From an uncultured delta proteobacterium (GTDB lineage: Bacteria; Desulfobacterota; RBG-13-43-22): a stretch of DNA of 64,000 nt. Each line of letters opens with the position of its first letter. Position 1 is the stretch's first letter. This document shows, piece by piece, positions 1 through 11,679 of this stretch. The notes beneath the pieces were generated by a model, which searched no databases, was not told the origin of the DNA, and worked only from the letters and a program-made list of their open reading frames with translations. The stretch covers positions 117,462 through 181,461 of the forward strand of contig CAWJJC010000003.1 in NCBI GenBank assembly GCA_963843145.1, written 5' to 3'. The position numbers and the translations under genes were made by a program.

Positions 1-585
1 GAGGTCTGCCGCCTGGCCGGTGAACGAACCGGGGCCTTTGTCGCCCCGCCCGTCTATTACGGGGTTTGTCGCAGTACCAGCCAGCATCCGGGGACCCTGA
101 CCATCTCCGGAGATACTTTAAGGGCGTTGATTAAAGATATCGGAGCGGCTCTTTATCAGCAAGGGTTGCGCAATATAATCATCCTTTCAGGCCATGCCGG
201 GGGGACCCACACCTCGGCCTTGGTTGAAGCGGGGGAAGCTCTTCTGGAAAGGCTTCCTGAGGCTCGAGTCGCGGCCTTGAACATTTTGGACTTAGGGGCG
301 GCCGTTTGGGAACCGATCATTGAAACCAAAGGGGATGCCCACGCGGGGGAACTGGAAACGTCGGTCATGATGGCCTTAAGACCAGGTTGGGTTAAGGGAA
401 GTAGTCCGGAGGAGTACCCCAGCTTTCCAAAGGCCATTTTGGTCCGGAACAAAAGGAAATTCTGGCCGGGAGGAGTTTGGGGTGATCCGGCCAAGGCCTC
501 GCTGGAAAAAGGCGCGGCTCTTTTGGAAGCAACTACCGGGGCGCTGGTGGAATTAATCAACCTACTGGAGCACGGAGAGAGTTAA
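1..585 (+). CDS. Creatininase family amidohydrolase (5' partial)
   Basis: Frame is open from base 1: PPVYYG..S..H..PGT, SGHAGG, DAHAGELETS and GVWGDP..AS.EKG motifs of the creatininase family. Confidence 0.85.
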   Translation, partial: EVCRLAGERTGAFVAPPVYYGVCRSTSQHPGTLTISGDTLRALIKDIGAALYQQGLRNIIILSGHAGGTHTSALVEAGEALLERLPEARVAALNILDLGAAVWEPIIETKGDAHAGELETSVMMALRPGWVKGSSPEEYPSFPKAILVRNKRKFWPGGVWGDPAKASLEKGAALLEATTGALVELINLLEHGES

Positions 586-592
586 TAACGAT

Positions 593-1102
593 ATGAAAGT
601 TAATAAAAAAATAGCATGTATGGCCCTGTTTTTTTTGAGCGCCCTTTGGTTTTCCTGGCCCTGGGAACAAGCAGCCTCAGGGACTCAAGGGTTGAAGGCT
701 GTGCCCGACTTTATCCTGAAGGACCTCAGCCAAAAAAAAGTAAAATTAACCGATTTTAAGGGCAAAGTGGTTATTTTGAATTTTTTTGCCACCTGGTGCC
801 CCCCCTGCCGGCTGGAAATTCCCGAGCTGGTTAAATTATACCGTTTGAATAAAGAGAAGGGGTTGGTGGTCCTCGGGATCTCCCTGGATGAGGACGTGCC
901 TCCCCAAGATCTGATGACCTTCGTCAAGAATATGAAAATTACCTACCCGATCTTGATGGGAACCAAGGATGTGCTGGAAAAGTATGAGATCGGCGGGGTA
1001 CCTACCACTATACTTATCAATCGGGAGGGTAAGGCCTTTACTCGCTATGACGGTTTGGTGCCGGCCAGCCGGTTCGAAAAAGATCTTAGTAAATTGCTGT
1101 AA
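593..1102 (+). CDS. TlpA/ResA family thiol-disulfide oxidoreductase, exported
   Basis: N-terminal hydrophobic segment; LNFFATWCPPCR (CxxC); cis-Pro motif GVPTT. Confidence 0.9.
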   Translation: MKVNKKIACMALFFLSALWFSWPWEQAASGTQGLKAVPDFILKDLSQKKVKLTDFKGKVVILNFFATWCPPCRLEIPELVKLYRLNKEKGLVVLGISLDEDVPPQDLMTFVKNMKITYPILMGTKDVLEKYEIGGVPTTILINREGKAFTRYDGLVPASRFEKDLSKLL

Positions 1103-1108
1103 TTTATA

Positions 1109-1567
1109 CTAAAGGAGCTTTTCACGCCGGAGGATTTGTTCAACCCGTTTTTTAACCTCAAAAGGTTGATCCAGGCCAAACCACCAAAGATCCGGCGATC
1201 CAGCCGTCGCGGGTTGGAATTGCAGATGGCCGATCCCGACCAGACGGTGTACCACGCCCCGGCGGACGATCACGGAATCAATCTCAGCCAGAGGCATTTT
1301 TTTTACCTGAACCAGTCCCCCCCACCCGAATTCCCGGCTAAATATGCCGGCCCCGTATTTATAGGAAGAATATTGTCTGATCAGGATTATAAACGCAACC
1401 AATAGGGCGGCAATTACTCCCCCGATCTCGCGACTTATGGGTGCTTCGGGGTTTAAGAGCGGTCCGAGTCCAAAGATAACGATAGCCGCGTAAAAAACGA
1501 AATAACTTTTCCAGGACGGTTTCAGGCTTAATTCCTCCCGGGAGGAAGGGGCGGGTGCTGGTTCCAT
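1109..1567 (-). CDS. Membrane protein with bacterial PH (bPH_2-like) domain
   Basis: Two TM helices after LKPSWK, then IDSVIVRRGVVHRLVGIGHL, typical of bPH_2 proteins. Confidence 0.65.
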   Translation of the reverse strand: MEPAPAPSSREELSLKPSWKSYFVFYAAIVIFGLGPLLNPEAPISREIGGVIAALLVAFIILIRQYSSYKYGAGIFSREFGWGGLVQVKKMPLAEIDSVIVRRGVVHRLVGIGHLQFQPATAGSPDLWWFGLDQPFEVKKRVEQILRREKLL

Positions 1568-1628
1568 GGCTGGGAATACTCCTTAGCCGGCATATAATCA
1601 TAACCCCGAAAATTATGCAATTTTTTTA

Positions 1629-1657
1629 TTGATTTTTTAGAAAAATATTATTATACT
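1629..1657 (+). promoter_or_regulatory. Putative sigma70 promoter of the tRNA-tuf operon
   Basis: TTGATT-17 nt-TATACT in an AT-rich tract upstream of tRNA-Thr. Confidence 0.6.
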
Positions 1658-1725
1658 TATTGTTTTACATGCCCTGGAATAACGGGGAGATGGACAAATT
1701 ATACGTAAATAGAAGGAGTTAAAAA

Positions 1726-1801
1726 GCCAGCGTAGCTCAGCAGGTAGAGCGACTGATTTGTAATCAGTTGGTCGGGGGTTCGAATCCCTTCGCTGGCTCC
1801 A
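1726..1801 (+). tRNA. tRNA-Thr(UGU)
   Basis: GCCAGCG..CGCTGGC acceptor stem, anticodon loop TTTGTAA, GGTTCGAATCC, encoded CCA. Confidence 0.97.
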
Positions 1802-1872
1802 GGTAGCGGGGCGGCAGGAGAATGTTCCTGCTGTGTCTTCCCTTGCTTTATTACCTTAAGTCCCTAATTTAA

Positions 1873-1957
1873 GGAGGGGTTCCCGAGCGGCCAAAGGGAA
1901 CAGACTGTAAATCTGTCGGCCATGCCTTCGGAGGTTCGAATCCTCCCCCCTCCACCA
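1873..1957 (+). tRNA. tRNA-Tyr(GUA)
   Basis: GGAGGGG acceptor stem, loop CTGTAAA, long variable arm, CCA end. Confidence 0.97.
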
Positions 1958-2087
1958 GCCCGTTAGGATATGGTTTCCATTGGCAGGTTTTCCCGTCCAA
2001 TGAAAGGTGTAGGAGATTAGGTTCGTTTAACTAAATTGGTTTGACTACAGCCATAAAATCCAGGTCTACGAAATTTTTCCAAATTAG

Positions 2088-2164
2088 GCGGGAGTAGCTC
2101 AGTTGGCTAGAGCGTCAGCCTTCCAAGCTGAGGGTCGCGGGTTCGAATCCCGTTTCCCGCTCCA
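2088..2164 (+). tRNA. tRNA-Gly(UCC)
   Basis: GCGGGAG acceptor stem, loop CTTCCAA, T-arm, CCA end. Confidence 0.97.
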
Positions 2165-2228
2165 TTAATCAGCGCCGCCGCCCTGGTTTTTTTCGGGCGG
2201 CCTGAGGCGAATCAAATATAAGGGAAAA

Positions 2229-2304
<76 letters not shown>

Positions 2305-2378
2305 GAAGGTATGAATCTTTCAACTCTTGATCAATTAACAAGAACAGATTGAAAACTTAACGAAGGGGGACGAGACTG

Positions 2379-3578
2379 ATGGCCAAGAAGAAATTTGAAC
2401 GGACGAAGCCGCATGTGAATGTGGGGACGATCGGGCATATTGATCATGGGAAGACGACCTTGACGGCGGCGATCACGCTTTGTTTATCGAAGACCGGGTT
2501 TGCGAATTACATACCCTTTGACGAGATCGACAAGGCGCCGGAGGAGAAGGAGCGGGGCATTACGATCGCCACGGCCCACGTGGAGTACGAGACCAAGAAG
2601 CGGCATTATGCGCACGTGGACTGTCCGGGGCACGCGGACTATATCAAGAACATGATCACCGGGGCGGCGCAGATGGACGGGGCGATTCTGGTGGTGGGGG
2701 CGGATGACGGGCCGATGCCGCAGACGCGGGAGCATATTTTATTGGGACGCCAGGTGGGCGTGCCGTACATTGTGGTTTTTTTGAACAAGGTGGACATGGT
2801 GGATGATCCGGAGTTGATTGAGCTGGTGGAGCTGGAACTGCGGGAACTCTTGAGCAAGTATGAGTATCCGGGGGACGATATCCCGATCATCAAGGGATCG
2901 GCGCTGAAAGCGCTGGAGTGCGGCTGCGGGAAAGGGGACTGTCCCAGTTGCCAGCCCATCCTGGAGCTGATGGAGGCGATCGACAATTATGTACCGGAGC
3001 CGGTGCGGGATATTGAGAAGCCGTTTTTGATGCCGGTGGAGGACGTGTTCAGCATTTCGGGCCGGGGGACGGTAGTCACGGGCCGGGTGGAACGCGGGAT
3101 GATCAAGGTCGGTGAGGAAGTGGAGATCGTGGGGATTCGGCCGACGGTGAAGACGATCTGTACCGGGGTGGAGATGTTTCGGAAGACCTTGGATCAGGGC
3201 CAGGCGGGAGACAACGTGGGGTTGCTGCTGCGGGGGACCAAGCGGGACGATGTGGAGCGGGGTCAGGTGGTAGCCAAGACGGGATCGATCACGCCGCACA
3301 CCAAGTTCAAGGCGGAGTCGTACATTCTGTCGAAGGAGGAAGGCGGGCGGCACACGCCGTTTTTCAACGGCTACCGGCCGCAGTTTTATTTTCGGACCAC
3401 CGACGTGACGGGGGTGGTGACCCTGCCGGAAGGGGTGGAGATGGTGATGCCGGGAGACAACGTCTCGATGACGGTGTCCTTGATCATGCCCATTGCCATG
3501 GAGAAGGAACTCCGCTTTGCCATTCGTGAGGGAGGTCGGACCGTAGGCGCCGGCGTGATCTCCGAAATCTTGGAATAA
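2379..3578 (+). CDS. tuf: Elongation factor Tu (copy 1)
   Basis: [18 protein letters not shown] motifs; 399 aa. Confidence 0.99.
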   Translation: MAKKKFERTKPHVNVGTIGHIDHGKTTLTAAITLCLSKTGFANYIPFDEIDKAPEEKERGITIATAHVEYETKKRHYAHVDCPGHADYIKNMITGAAQMDGAILVVGADDGPMPQTREHILLGRQVGVPYIVVFLNKVDMVDDPELIELVELELRELLSKYEYPGDDIPIIKGSALKALECGCGKGDCPSCQPILELMEAIDNYVPEPVRDIEKPFLMPVEDVFSISGRGTVVTGRVERGMIKVGEEVEIVGIRPTVKTICTGVEMFRKTLDQGQAGDNVGLLLRGTKRDDVERGQVVAKTGSITPHTKFKAESYILSKEEGGRHTPFFNGYRPQFYFRTTDVTGVVTLPEGVEMVMPGDNVSMTVSLIMPIAMEKELRFAIREGGRTVGAGVISEILE

Positions 3579-3626
3579 CAGCCAGGTCGAGAAGGAATCC
3601 TCGCCTGTCGGGATCAGGGAACGAAT

Positions 3627-3776
3627 ATGCGCGATATTATTAATTTATCTTGTACGACCTGTAAGCAGAAGAATTATACCACCACCAAAAACAAGCGGAA
3701 GACCCCGGATAAGTTGGAATTAAAAAAGTATTGCCGCTTCTGTCAGACCCACACGGTCCACAAGGAAACCAAATAA
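3627..3776 (+). CDS. rpmG: 50S ribosomal protein L33, Zn-ribbon type (not in ORF track)
   Basis: Manual translation [49 protein letters not shown]. Confidence 0.97.
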   Translation: MRDIINLSCTTCKQKNYTTTKNKRKTPDKLELKKYCRFCQTHTVHKETK

Positions 3777-3809
3777 CGAACCGATCGTTATTCACCGGAG
3801 TTAATCCGC

Positions 3810-3886
3810 AGGCCAGTAGCTCCAACGGTTAGAGCACCGGACTCCAAATCCGGGTGTTGGGGGTTCGAATCCCTCCTGGCCTGCCA
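3810..3886 (+). tRNA. tRNA-Trp(CCA)
   Basis: AGGCCAG acceptor stem, loop CTCCAAA, CCA end; lies between rpmG and secE. Confidence 0.96.
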
Positions 3887-3919
3887 AATTTGTTCAAAGG
3901 GACTGGGAACCCGGGGGAG

Positions 3920-4294
3920 ATGAAGAAACTAAAACCGAAAAAAAAGAGCGGGGCGGGCGAAATTGACAAAACGGTCGAGGAAAAACCAACCAGAGACCCC
4001 CAATCCGCTATGGCTCCTAAGGAAACTAAGGTCAGCCTGAGAAAACCCCCCTCGGACGAAGCCGTCTCCGAGGGGCTGGTTGCCGGGTGGACCAAAAAAC
4101 TACAATTTATTGAGCCGACCAAGACTTTTTTCCGGGAAGTTCGGATGGAGCTGAAAAAGGTCACCTGGCCGACCCGCAAAGAGACCTTGGCCGCCACCGC
4201 CATGGTCATTATTCTTTCGGTGATCGTAGCCTTTTTCTTGGGGATACTGGATGTGGCCTTAGCCAAATTGGTTGGTTCCATTATGGGGCGCTGA
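3920..4294 (+). CDS. secE: Preprotein translocase SecE, single TM with charged N-terminal extension
   Basis: FFREVRMELKKVTWPTRKET plus one TM; ATG at 3920 (upstream TTG lies inside the tRNA). Confidence 0.93.
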   Translation: MKKLKPKKKSGAGEIDKTVEEKPTRDPQSAMAPKETKVSLRKPPSDEAVSEGLVAGWTKKLQFIEPTKTFFREVRMELKKVTWPTRKETLAATAMVIILSVIVAFFLGILDVALAKLVGSIMGR

Positions 4295-4366
4295 ACGGTT
4301 CCTTTCAGAGGAGCGGCGGCGTAAGGATTTATCGGTTTACCCAGGAAGGGGTAACGGGGTTGGGCC

Positions 4367-4897
4367 ATGGCGCATAAATGGTATATCGTACACACCTATT
4401 CGGGATTTGAACTTAAGGTCAAATTGGCCTTGGAGGAGCAAGTAAAATCCCAGGGCCTGGAAGCTCTTTTTTCGCAAGTCTTGGTTCCAACGGAACAAGT
4501 AGTGGAACTGGTCAAGGGCGAGCGAAAGACCTCCTCCCGCAAGTTTTATCCTGGGTATGTGCTGATTAAAATGGAGTTGAATGACGATACCTGGCACTTG
4601 GTTAAAGATACCCCCAAGGTGACCGGGTTTATCGGCGAAAAGAACAAGCCGGCTATTATACCGGACGAGGAAGCCGAAAAGGTCATTGAACAAATGGCCG
4701 AAGGGGCGATCCGTCCGAAACCCAAGTTTTACTTTGAGGAGGGGGATGAAGTTCAGGTGATCGATGGCCCTTTCTCCAATTTTAACGGGGTAGTGGATGA
4801 GGTCAAACCGGATAAGTGCAAGCTGAAAGTACTGATCAGTATTTTTGGTCGCTCTACGCCGGTGGAATTGGATTTTGTCCAGGTGGCCAAGTCATAG
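4367..4897 (+). CDS. nusG: Transcription factor NusG
   Basis: WYIVHTYSG, FYPGYVL, KOW motif VIDGPFSNFNGVV. Confidence 0.98.
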   Translation: MAHKWYIVHTYSGFELKVKLALEEQVKSQGLEALFSQVLVPTEQVVELVKGERKTSSRKFYPGYVLIKMELNDDTWHLVKDTPKVTGFIGEKNKPAIIPDEEAEKVIEQMAEGAIRPKPKFYFEEGDEVQVIDGPFSNFNGVVDEVKPDKCKLKVLISIFGRSTPVELDFVQVAKS

Positions 4898-5042
4898 TCG
4901 GCGGCCCATAAAGGTCCCCGGTTTGGTCGGATCGAGATAAGCAAACGGCCGATCACCGGAAAGTGTTGAATAACCCCTTGGCCATTCATAAGAATGGCCT
5001 TCCGTAGGGGAAAGGCATTTAAGACGAAGGAGAACCGTTGAA

Positions 5043-5465
5043 ATGGCTAAGAAAATCATTGCCTATATAAAACTGCAGGTGCCGGCGGGACAGGCGAATC
5101 CTTCTCCCCCCATTGGACCGGCGCTAGGCCAGCACGGCGTCAATATCATGGAGTTCTGCAAGGCCTTCAATGCCCGCACTCAGGGCCAGGAAGGGATGAT
5201 CATCCCCGTGGTTTTGACTGTTTTTGCCGACCGTTCCTTCACTTTTATAACCAAAACCCCGCCGGCCTCGGTGCTTTTGAAAAAAGCGGCCCAGATTGCT
5301 AAAGGATCCAGTGTGCCGAATCGGGATAAGGTGGGACGGGTTTCACCGGCCCAGGTGGAAGAGATCGCCAAGTTAAAAATGCCGGATTTAAATGCCGCCA
5401 GTTTAAACGCTGCGATTAAGATCATCGAAGGCACGGCGCGCAGCATGGGCATTGACATCGGCTGA
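5043..5465 (+). CDS. rplK: 50S ribosomal protein L11
   Basis: [27 protein letters not shown]. Confidence 0.99.
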   Translation: MAKKIIAYIKLQVPAGQANPSPPIGPALGQHGVNIMEFCKAFNARTQGQEGMIIPVVLTVFADRSFTFITKTPPASVLLKKAAQIAKGSSVPNRDKVGRVSPAQVEEIAKLKMPDLNAASLNAAIKIIEGTARSMGIDIG

Positions 5466-5499
5466 GTTAACTATCAGGAAAAGAGGTAGGAAATACGCT

Positions 5500-6204
5500 A
5501 TGCCAAAGAATGGGAAGAACTATAATCAGGCTCGTGAGCAAGTGGATCGGACCAAGCGCTATCCCTTGGAAGAAGCGGTTCAATTGGCCGTTAAAGCCTC
5601 CTATGTCAAATTTGACGAGACGGTGGATATGGCGGTCCGATTGGGGGTGGACCCTAGGCATGCCGACCAGATGGTTCGGGGGGCCGTTGTCCTCCCCAAC
5701 GGCACCGGAAAAACCACCCGGGTGTTGGTTTTTGCCAAAGGGGAAAAAGAAAAAGAGGCCTTGGATTCAGGTGCCGACGTGGCGGGATCGGAAGAATTGA
5801 TTGAAAAGATCAAAGGCGGCTGGCTGGAATTCGATAAGGCCGTCGCTACTCCCGACCTGATGGGCCAGGTGGGAAAAATCGGAAAAATTTTAGGGCCCCG
5901 GGGGCTGATGCCTAACGCCAAGACCGGCACCGTAACCTTTGACGTGGCCAAAGCCATTCGGGAGATCAAGGCCGGTAAAATCGAATTTCGCGTGGAAAAA
6001 AACGGCATCGTCCATGCCCCGATGGGACGGGTTTCCTTCGGGCTGGATAAATTGATCCCCAATATTTTATCTTTTTTCGACACTATTCTGCGTCTTAAAC
6101 CATCCAGTGCCAAAGGAACGTATCTCAAAAGCATAACTATTTCGACTACCATGGGTCCAGGAATCAAAATCGACCCTTCTTTTATCAAAGAAATCGGGAA
6201 GTAG
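5500..6204 (+). CDS. rplA: 50S ribosomal protein L1
   Basis: [23 protein letters not shown]; ATG at 5500. Confidence 0.98.
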   Translation: MPKNGKNYNQAREQVDRTKRYPLEEAVQLAVKASYVKFDETVDMAVRLGVDPRHADQMVRGAVVLPNGTGKTTRVLVFAKGEKEKEALDSGADVAGSEELIEKIKGGWLEFDKAVATPDLMGQVGKIGKILGPRGLMPNAKTGTVTFDVAKAIREIKAGKIEFRVEKNGIVHAPMGRVSFGLDKLIPNILSFFDTILRLKPSSAKGTYLKSITISTTMGPGIKIDPSFIKEIGK

Positions 6205-6275
6205 CCCAACCGGTCCCTTTTGAACCCCTGGAGAGATTTATTCTTGACCGGGGGGCGACGTGAAAAAGAGACTTT

Positions 6276-6304
6276 CGGGCCTTCTTCTGGAACTGGAAGG
6301 CCCG
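6276..6304 (+). other. GC-rich hairpin in the rplA-rplJ spacer
   Basis: CGGGCCTTC...GAAGGCCCG perfect 9-bp stem; no U-tract. Confidence 0.5.
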
Positions 6305-6365
6305 GCGAACCGATCGATTTGTTCCCTGGATATTAATGATCAACCAAAGCCAACCGTTCCACGAG

Positions 6366-6425
6366 TTAAAGACCGTAGGTGCCTGCCAGGCTTTAAATGA
6401 TTTTTTCAGCCTACCGAGACTCGGA
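6366..6425 (+). ncRNA. Ribosomal protein L10 leader (autoregulatory cis-RNA)
   Basis: AAGACCGTAGGTG...TTAAA...CCTACCGAG signature upstream of rplJ; boundaries approximate. Confidence 0.8.
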
Positions 6426-6503
6426 TATTCCGACTGAACTCAGCTGTCGGCCCCACGGATTTGACCGCCGAAGAACGAATGGTAAGAAAGGAGGGGTGCA
6501 TTC

Positions 6504-7025
6504 TTGAAAAAGACGGATAAGGAAAAGATCGTGGTCGATCTTCGCCAACGTCTGACCAGATCTCAGGCCGTTTTTGTTACCGATTTTACAGGGTTGAATG
6601 TCGAATCGATCAACAAATTGCGCCGGGATCTGAAGCAGCGGGGAGATGAATACCAGGTCGTGAAGAAAACCCTGCTGCGGCGGGCCTCTCAGGAGACCCC
6701 GGTCTCGGCGATCGAGGACATTCTGGTGGGTCCCTGCGGGATTACCATCAGTTATGGGGATCCGGTGGCTTCGGCCAAACTGCTGGCGGACTTCGCCAAG
6801 GACCGGGATAAATTTGCCTTTAAGGGCGGGGTTCTTCAGGGAAGGCCGATTTCGGCAGAGGACGTAGGTCAACTGGCCAAGATGCCGTCCCGGGAAATTC
6901 TCCTGGGGCAGTTGTTGTCCGCGTTGGTGGCCGTGCCTACCGGATTGGTTTCTACCCTGTCCGCTATCATTCAGAAATTTTTACTAACCTTGAAGGCCGT
7001 GGAAGACCAAAAAGCCCAGGCTTAA
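6504..7025 (+). CDS. rplJ: 50S ribosomal protein L10
   Basis: TTG start after AAGGAGG; TDFTGLNV, VVKKTL, LAKMPSREIL. Confidence 0.97.
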   Translation: MKKTDKEKIVVDLRQRLTRSQAVFVTDFTGLNVESINKLRRDLKQRGDEYQVVKKTLLRRASQETPVSAIEDILVGPCGITISYGDPVASAKLLADFAKDRDKFAFKGGVLQGRPISAEDVGQLAKMPSREILLGQLLSALVAVPTGLVSTLSAIIQKFLLTLKAVEDQKAQA

Positions 7026-7052
7026 GATCAATTATCAGGAGGAAGATTAACG

Positions 7053-7442
7053 ATGGCTGAGAAAATCACTAAAGCAGAGGTAATCGAGTTCATTTCCAAT
7101 ATGACCGTCTTGGAGCTTTCCGAATTGGTCAAGGAGTTAGAAGATACCTTCGGCGTTAAGGCCTCGGCCCCGGTCATGGCCATGGCCGGCCCGATGCCGG
7201 GGGCCGGAGAAGCTGTGGTGCAGGAAGAGCAAACCGAATTCGCCGTTATCCTGACCGGAGTGGGAGACAAAAAGATCCAAGTGATCAAGGAGGTCCGGGC
7301 CATTACGAATTTAGGGCTGAAGGAGGCCAAGGACGCCGTCGAGACTCTGCCCAGCACCATTAAGGAAGGCATCCCGAAAGAGGAAGCGGAAAATGTAAAA
7401 AAGCAGTTGGAAGCCGCTGGGGCCGCCGTGGAAATTAAGTAG
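7053..7442 (+). CDS. rplL: 50S ribosomal protein L7/L12
   Basis: [35 protein letters not shown]. Confidence 0.99.
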   Translation: MAEKITKAEVIEFISNMTVLELSELVKELEDTFGVKASAPVMAMAGPMPGAGEAVVQEEQTEFAVILTGVGDKKIQVIKEVRAITNLGLKEAKDAVETLPSTIKEGIPKEEAENVKKQLEAAGAAVEIK

Positions 7443-7504
7443 CTTGGCGGCTGATCGAGGCGGGCACCCGCTGCAACAAATGCTTGTCATGTAAAGGAGA
7501 CGGG

Positions 7505-10500
7505 ATGAAAGATCGTTCTTTCCTCAACGTTCGGTTTCGAAAGAATTTCGGACACATCGAAAAGATTATCGATATTCCCAATTTGATGGACATGCAGAAG
7601 CAATCCTACGAACGTTTTCTGCAATACCATAGGGATCCCGATCAACGGGAAAATACCGGCCTGCAAGGGGTCTTTAAAAGCGTTTTTCCCATTCGGGATT
7701 TTAGCGGGTTATCTTCTCTGGAGTTTGTTCGATACAGTTTCGGTGAGGTAAAATACGATGAGGCGGAATGCCTGCAAAGGGGCATGACGTATGACGTGCC
7801 GATGAAAATCACCGTCCGCCTCATCGTTAACGATCTGGACAAAGATACCGGGAGCCAAACGATTCGGGACATCAAGGAACAGGATATTTATTTCGGGACG
7901 ATTCCCTTGATGACCGATAAGGGAACGTTCATCGTCAACGGCACCGAGCGGGTAGTGGTCAGTCAGTTGCATCGGTCGCCGGGGGTGTTCTTTGCCCATG
8001 ATAAGGGGAAGACCCACAGCAGTGGCCGCCTTTTATATTCAGCGCGGGTCATTCCTTTGCGCGGCTCCTGGATTGATCTGGAGTTTGATCCGAAAAATAT
8101 CCTTTTTGTCCGCATCGACCGACGGAGGAAATTTCCGGTAACCATCCTGTTGAAGGCTTTAGGGTATTCCAATCAGGAGTTACTGAATTATTTTTACGAA
8201 CGGGAGCGGATCACCCTGGAGGATGGGAAAATACGCCGGGAAGTCAATCCGGATTTCCTTTTGGGTAAAAAGGCCCCCCGGGACATTGTGAATCCCCTGA
8301 CGGGAGAAGTGATCGTCCGCAAAAATCGAAAGATCAATAAGCGGATTATCAAATTGCTTCAGGACGCGGAAATCCGGTCGTTGCCGGCCAGGGCCGAAGA
8401 CCTTGAGGGGTATTTCCTGGCGCAGGAAGTGGTGGATCCCGAGACCGGAGAGATCCTGATCGAAAGCAACGAGGAATTGACCCGGGAGAAACTAAACCTT
8501 CTGCTGCAAAAGAAGACGCCTTTTGTGGATTTGCTGTTTATCGATGGGGTCAATGTCAGTTCTTCTCTGCGGGATACCTTGATTATGGATAAGGTGCCGG
8601 GCAGCGAAGAGGCCATCCTGGAGATCTATAAGAAGTTGCGCCCCAGCAACCCGCCAACCCTGGAAGTGGCCACCAACTTTTTTTACAACCTGTTTTTCAA
8701 TCCGGACAACTACGATCTCTCGTCGGTGGGTCGGCTCAAGCTGAATCACCGCCTAGGCCTGGAGGTTCCCCTGGAGGATCGGACCCTGCGCAAAGAGGAT
8801 ATCCTGCTGACGGTGAAGAAGCTGATTGAGCTGAAGGATACCAACGGCGCGGTGGACGATATCGATCATTTGGGCAATCGCCGGGTCCGGGCCGTCGGCG
8901 AACTTTTGGAAAACCAGTATCGAATAGGGCTGGTGCGGATGGAACGGGCCATCAAGGAGCGAATGACCCTGCAGGAGATCGAGACCCTGATGCCCCATGA
9001 CCTGATCAATCCCAAACCGGTGGCCGCCGTGGTGAAGGAATTTTTCGGGACCAGCCAGCTTTCTCAATTCATGGACCAGACCAATCCGCTCTCCGAAATC
9101 ACCCACAAGAGGCGGTTGAGCGCTTTGGGTCCGGGCGGGCTTACCCGGGAGCGGGCCGGGTTTGAGGTGCGGGACGTGCATCCCACCCATTACGGGCGGA
9201 TCTGTCCGATTGAAACACCCGAAGGCCCCAATATCGGCCTCATTGTTTCCCTGAGTACCTATGCCCGGGTAAATGAATTCGGTTTTATCGAAACCCCTTA
9301 CCGGGTGGTCGAAGAGGGTACGGCTACTCAGGAAGTGAGATTTTTAAGCGCGCTGGATGAGCAAGGGTTTAATATCGCTCAGGCCAATATCCCTTTGGAC
9401 CGGGCCGGGCGTCTGGTCGATTCCATGGTTTCGGCCAGAAAGGACGGGGAATTTGTGATGGTCAATCGGGAGGAAGAGGGCATTGACCTCATGGACGTTT
9501 CTCCCAACCAGTTGGTCAGCGTGGCCGCCTCTCTGATCCCTTTCTTGGAAAATGACGACGCCAACCGGGCTTTGATGGGTTCCAATATGCAGCGGCAGGC
9601 CGTCCCGTTGCTCTCCTGTCGCGCCCCGATCATCGGTACCGGGATCGAAGAGGTGGTGGCCCGGGATTCCGGGGTAACCGTGGTAGCCAAAAATAATGGC
9701 GTGGTGGAAGACGTGGACGCCGACCGGATTGTGGTTCGGTATATCACGGAGGAAACGAAAGCCCGTCCTTTGGGGGCCGGGGTGGAACTGTACAAATTAA
9801 ATAAATTTCAGCGGTCCAACCAGAATACCTGTTTCAGTCAAAAACCGATCGTGCGTAAAGGGGACCCGATTCAAAAAGGACAGGTTATCGCCGATGGTCC
9901 CTCCACCGAGAAAGGAGAGTTGGCCTTAGGGCGTAACGTGTTGGTGGCCTTCATGTCCTGGGGCGGTTATAATTTTGAAGACTCCATCCTGGTGGGGGAG
10001 CATCTGGTTAAGGACGATGTTTTCACCTCGATTCATATCGAAGAATTCGAACTGGTGGCCCGGGATACCAAACTGGGCCGGGAGGAAATCACCCGGGATA
10101 TTCCCAACCTGGGGGATGAGTCCTTAAAAAATTTGGACGAAAGCGGCATCATTCGCATCGGAGCGGAAGTGAAAGCCGGCGATATTTTGGTCGGGAAGGT
10201 TACCCCGAAAGGAGAAACCCAACTTTCCCCGGAGGAGAAACTGCTCCGGGCGATCTTCGGAGAAAAGGCCGGGGACGTGAAGGACTCTTCCCTCCGGGTT
10301 CCGCCGGGGATCGAGGGCGTCGTTATCGAAGCCAAGGTTTTTTCCCGTAAAGGGGTGGAGCGGGATGCCCGGTCCAAGGCCATTGAAGAGGAAGAAGTGG
10401 CCCGGATCATGAAGGATCAAAACGACGAGATTCAGATTTTACATCGGGAGGCGCTGCAGCGCTTGAAGGCCTTGGTGGCCGGAAAAATATCGAGCAATAC

Positions 10501-11650
10501 CATCAAAGAAGATCGCAGCGAAAAGGTCCTGATCGCCCGGGGGGAAAAAATTTCTCTGGAAAAATTGACCAAACTTCCGGTCAAAAAATGGAAAGACCTG
10601 GCGGTGTCCAAAGGTAAGGACCTCAAGGAAGAATTGGAAGGGATTATCAGGGATTATCAGGAAAAGGTGTCCTTGATCAAAGGGACTTTTGAGGGGAAGG
10701 TAGCCAAGTTGAAAAAAGGGGATGAACTCCCTCCCGGGGTGGTCAAAATGGTTAAAATCTACCTGGCCGTTAAGCGAAAGCTGGCGGTGGGAGATAAGAT
10801 GGCCGGCCGGCACGGGAACAAGGGCGTGGTTTCCCGGATTCTCCCCAGGGAGGATTTGCCTTATTTTGCCGACGGCACCTCGGTGGATATCGTCCTCAAT
10901 CCTTTAGGGGTTCCCTCACGTATGAATGTGGGGCAGGTTTTGGAGACTCACTTGGGTTGGGCCTCTCGAGAGTTGGGCAAAAAGGTCGCCGATCTGGTCG
11001 GCGAGTTCCAGCGAGTCGCCGAAGCCCGAAAGCTGCTCAAAAAGGTCTACGAGTCGAAAAAAATAGACAGCTATTTCGATGCCATTCCGGATGAGGGCCT
11101 GCTCCTCTTAGAAGATCAGTTCCGGGAGGGGATTCACATGGCCACCCCGGTTTTCGATGGGGCCGACGAGGCGGATATCCAACGGCTGCTGAAGCTGGCC
11201 GGGATTTCGGAAACCGGGAAGTCCGTCCTTTTCGACGGCCGGACCGGGGAACCTTTTGACCGACCGGTGACGGTGGGGGTCATGTATATGCTCAAGCTGC
11301 ATCATCTGGTCGATGACAAGATTCATGCCCGGTCCATAGGCCCTTATTCACTGGTGACCCAGCAACCCCTGGGTGGAAAGGCTCAATTCGGCGGGCAGCG
11401 TCTGGGAGAAATGGAAGTCTGGGCCATGGAGGCTTACGGAGCCGCCTATACCCTTCAGGAATTCCTGACCGTCAAATCCGACGACGTAGCCGGCCGGACG
11501 CGGATGTACGAAAAAATCGTTAAAGGGGACAACGTGCTGGAGGCCGGGCTACCGGAATCCTTTAATGTCCTGATGAAAGAATTGCAGAGTCTGGGCTTGA
11601 ATATTGAGCTCCTGGAGGGTGGGTCACCGGACCCCTCGCCGAACGCCTAA
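7505..11650 (+). CDS. rpoB: RNA polymerase beta subunit
   Basis: [35 protein letters not shown]; ATG at 7505 after AAAGGAGA. Confidence 0.99.
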   Translation: MKDRSFLNVRFRKNFGHIEKIIDIPNLMDMQKQSYERFLQYHRDPDQRENTGLQGVFKSVFPIRDFSGLSSLEFVRYSFGEVKYDEAECLQRGMTYDVPMKITVRLIVNDLDKDTGSQTIRDIKEQDIYFGTIPLMTDKGTFIVNGTERVVVSQLHRSPGVFFAHDKGKTHSSGRLLYSARVIPLRGSWIDLEFDPKNILFVRIDRRRKFPVTILLKALGYSNQELLNYFYERERITLEDGKIRREVNPDFLLGKKAPRDIVNPLTGEVIVRKNRKINKRIIKLLQDAEIRSLPARAEDLEGYFLAQEVVDPETGEILIESNEELTREKLNLLLQKKTPFVDLLFIDGVNVSSSLRDTLIMDKVPGSEEAILEIYKKLRPSNPPTLEVATNFFYNLFFNPDNYDLSSVGRLKLNHRLGLEVPLEDRTLRKEDILLTVKKLIELKDTNGAVDDIDHLGNRRVRAVGELLENQYRIGLVRMERAIKERMTLQEIETLMPHDLINPKPVAAVVKEFFGTSQLSQFMDQTNPLSEITHKRRLSALGPGGLTRERAGFEVRDVHPTHYGRICPIETPEGPNIGLIVSLSTYARVNEFGFIETPYRVVEEGTATQEVRFLSALDEQGFNIAQANIPLDRAGRLVDSMVSARKDGEFVMVNREEEGIDLMDVSPNQLVSVAASLIPFLENDDANRALMGSNMQRQAVPLLSCRAPIIGTGIEEVVARDSGVTVVAKNNGVVEDVDADRIVVRYITEETKARPLGAGVELYKLNKFQRSNQNTCFSQKPIVRKGDPIQKGQVIADGPSTEKGELALGRNVLVAFMSWGGYNFEDSILVGEHLVKDDVFTSIHIEEFELVARDTKLGREEITRDIPNLGDESLKNLDESGIIRIGAEVKAGDILVGKVTPKGETQLSPEEKLLRAIFGEKAGDVKDSSLRVPPGIEGVVIEAKVFSRKGVERDARSKAIEEEEVARIMKDQNDEIQILHREALQRLKALVAGKISSNTIKEDRSEKVLIARGEKISLEKLTKLPVKKWKDLAVSKGKDLKEELEGIIRDYQEKVSLIKGTFEGKVAKLKKGDELPPGVVKMVKIYLAVKRKLAVGDKMAGRHGNKGVVSRILPREDLPYFADGTSVDIVLNPLGVPSRMNVGQVLETHLGWASRELGKKVADLVGEFQRVAEARKLLKKVYESKKIDSYFDAIPDEGLLLLEDQFREGIHMATPVFDGADEADIQRLLKLAGISETGKSVLFDGRTGEPFDRPVTVGVMYMLKLHHLVDDKIHARSIGPYSLVTQQPLGGKAQFGGQRLGEMEVWAMEAYGAAYTLQEFLTVKSDDVAGRTRMYEKIVKGDNVLEAGLPESFNVLMKELQSLGLNIELLEGGSPDPSPNA

Positions 11651-11679
11651 GGCCGAAGTTTTTTTAGAGGAGTGTTGCC

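Noticed and set aside
1802-2228. Hairpins between the tRNAs as novel ncRNAs
   Set aside because: Short stems in tRNA spacers are ordinary processing structures; there is no further support.
3854-3919. Longer secE start overlapping tRNA-Trp
   Set aside because: The TTG lies inside the tRNA; ATG 3920 has a purine-rich SD-like sequence.
9040-9140. Possible rifampicin-resistance allele in rpoB (and streptomycin sites in rpsL)
   Set aside because: The RRDR ([22 protein letters not shown]) and S12 PKKPN/VKDLP match the usual sensitive consensus.
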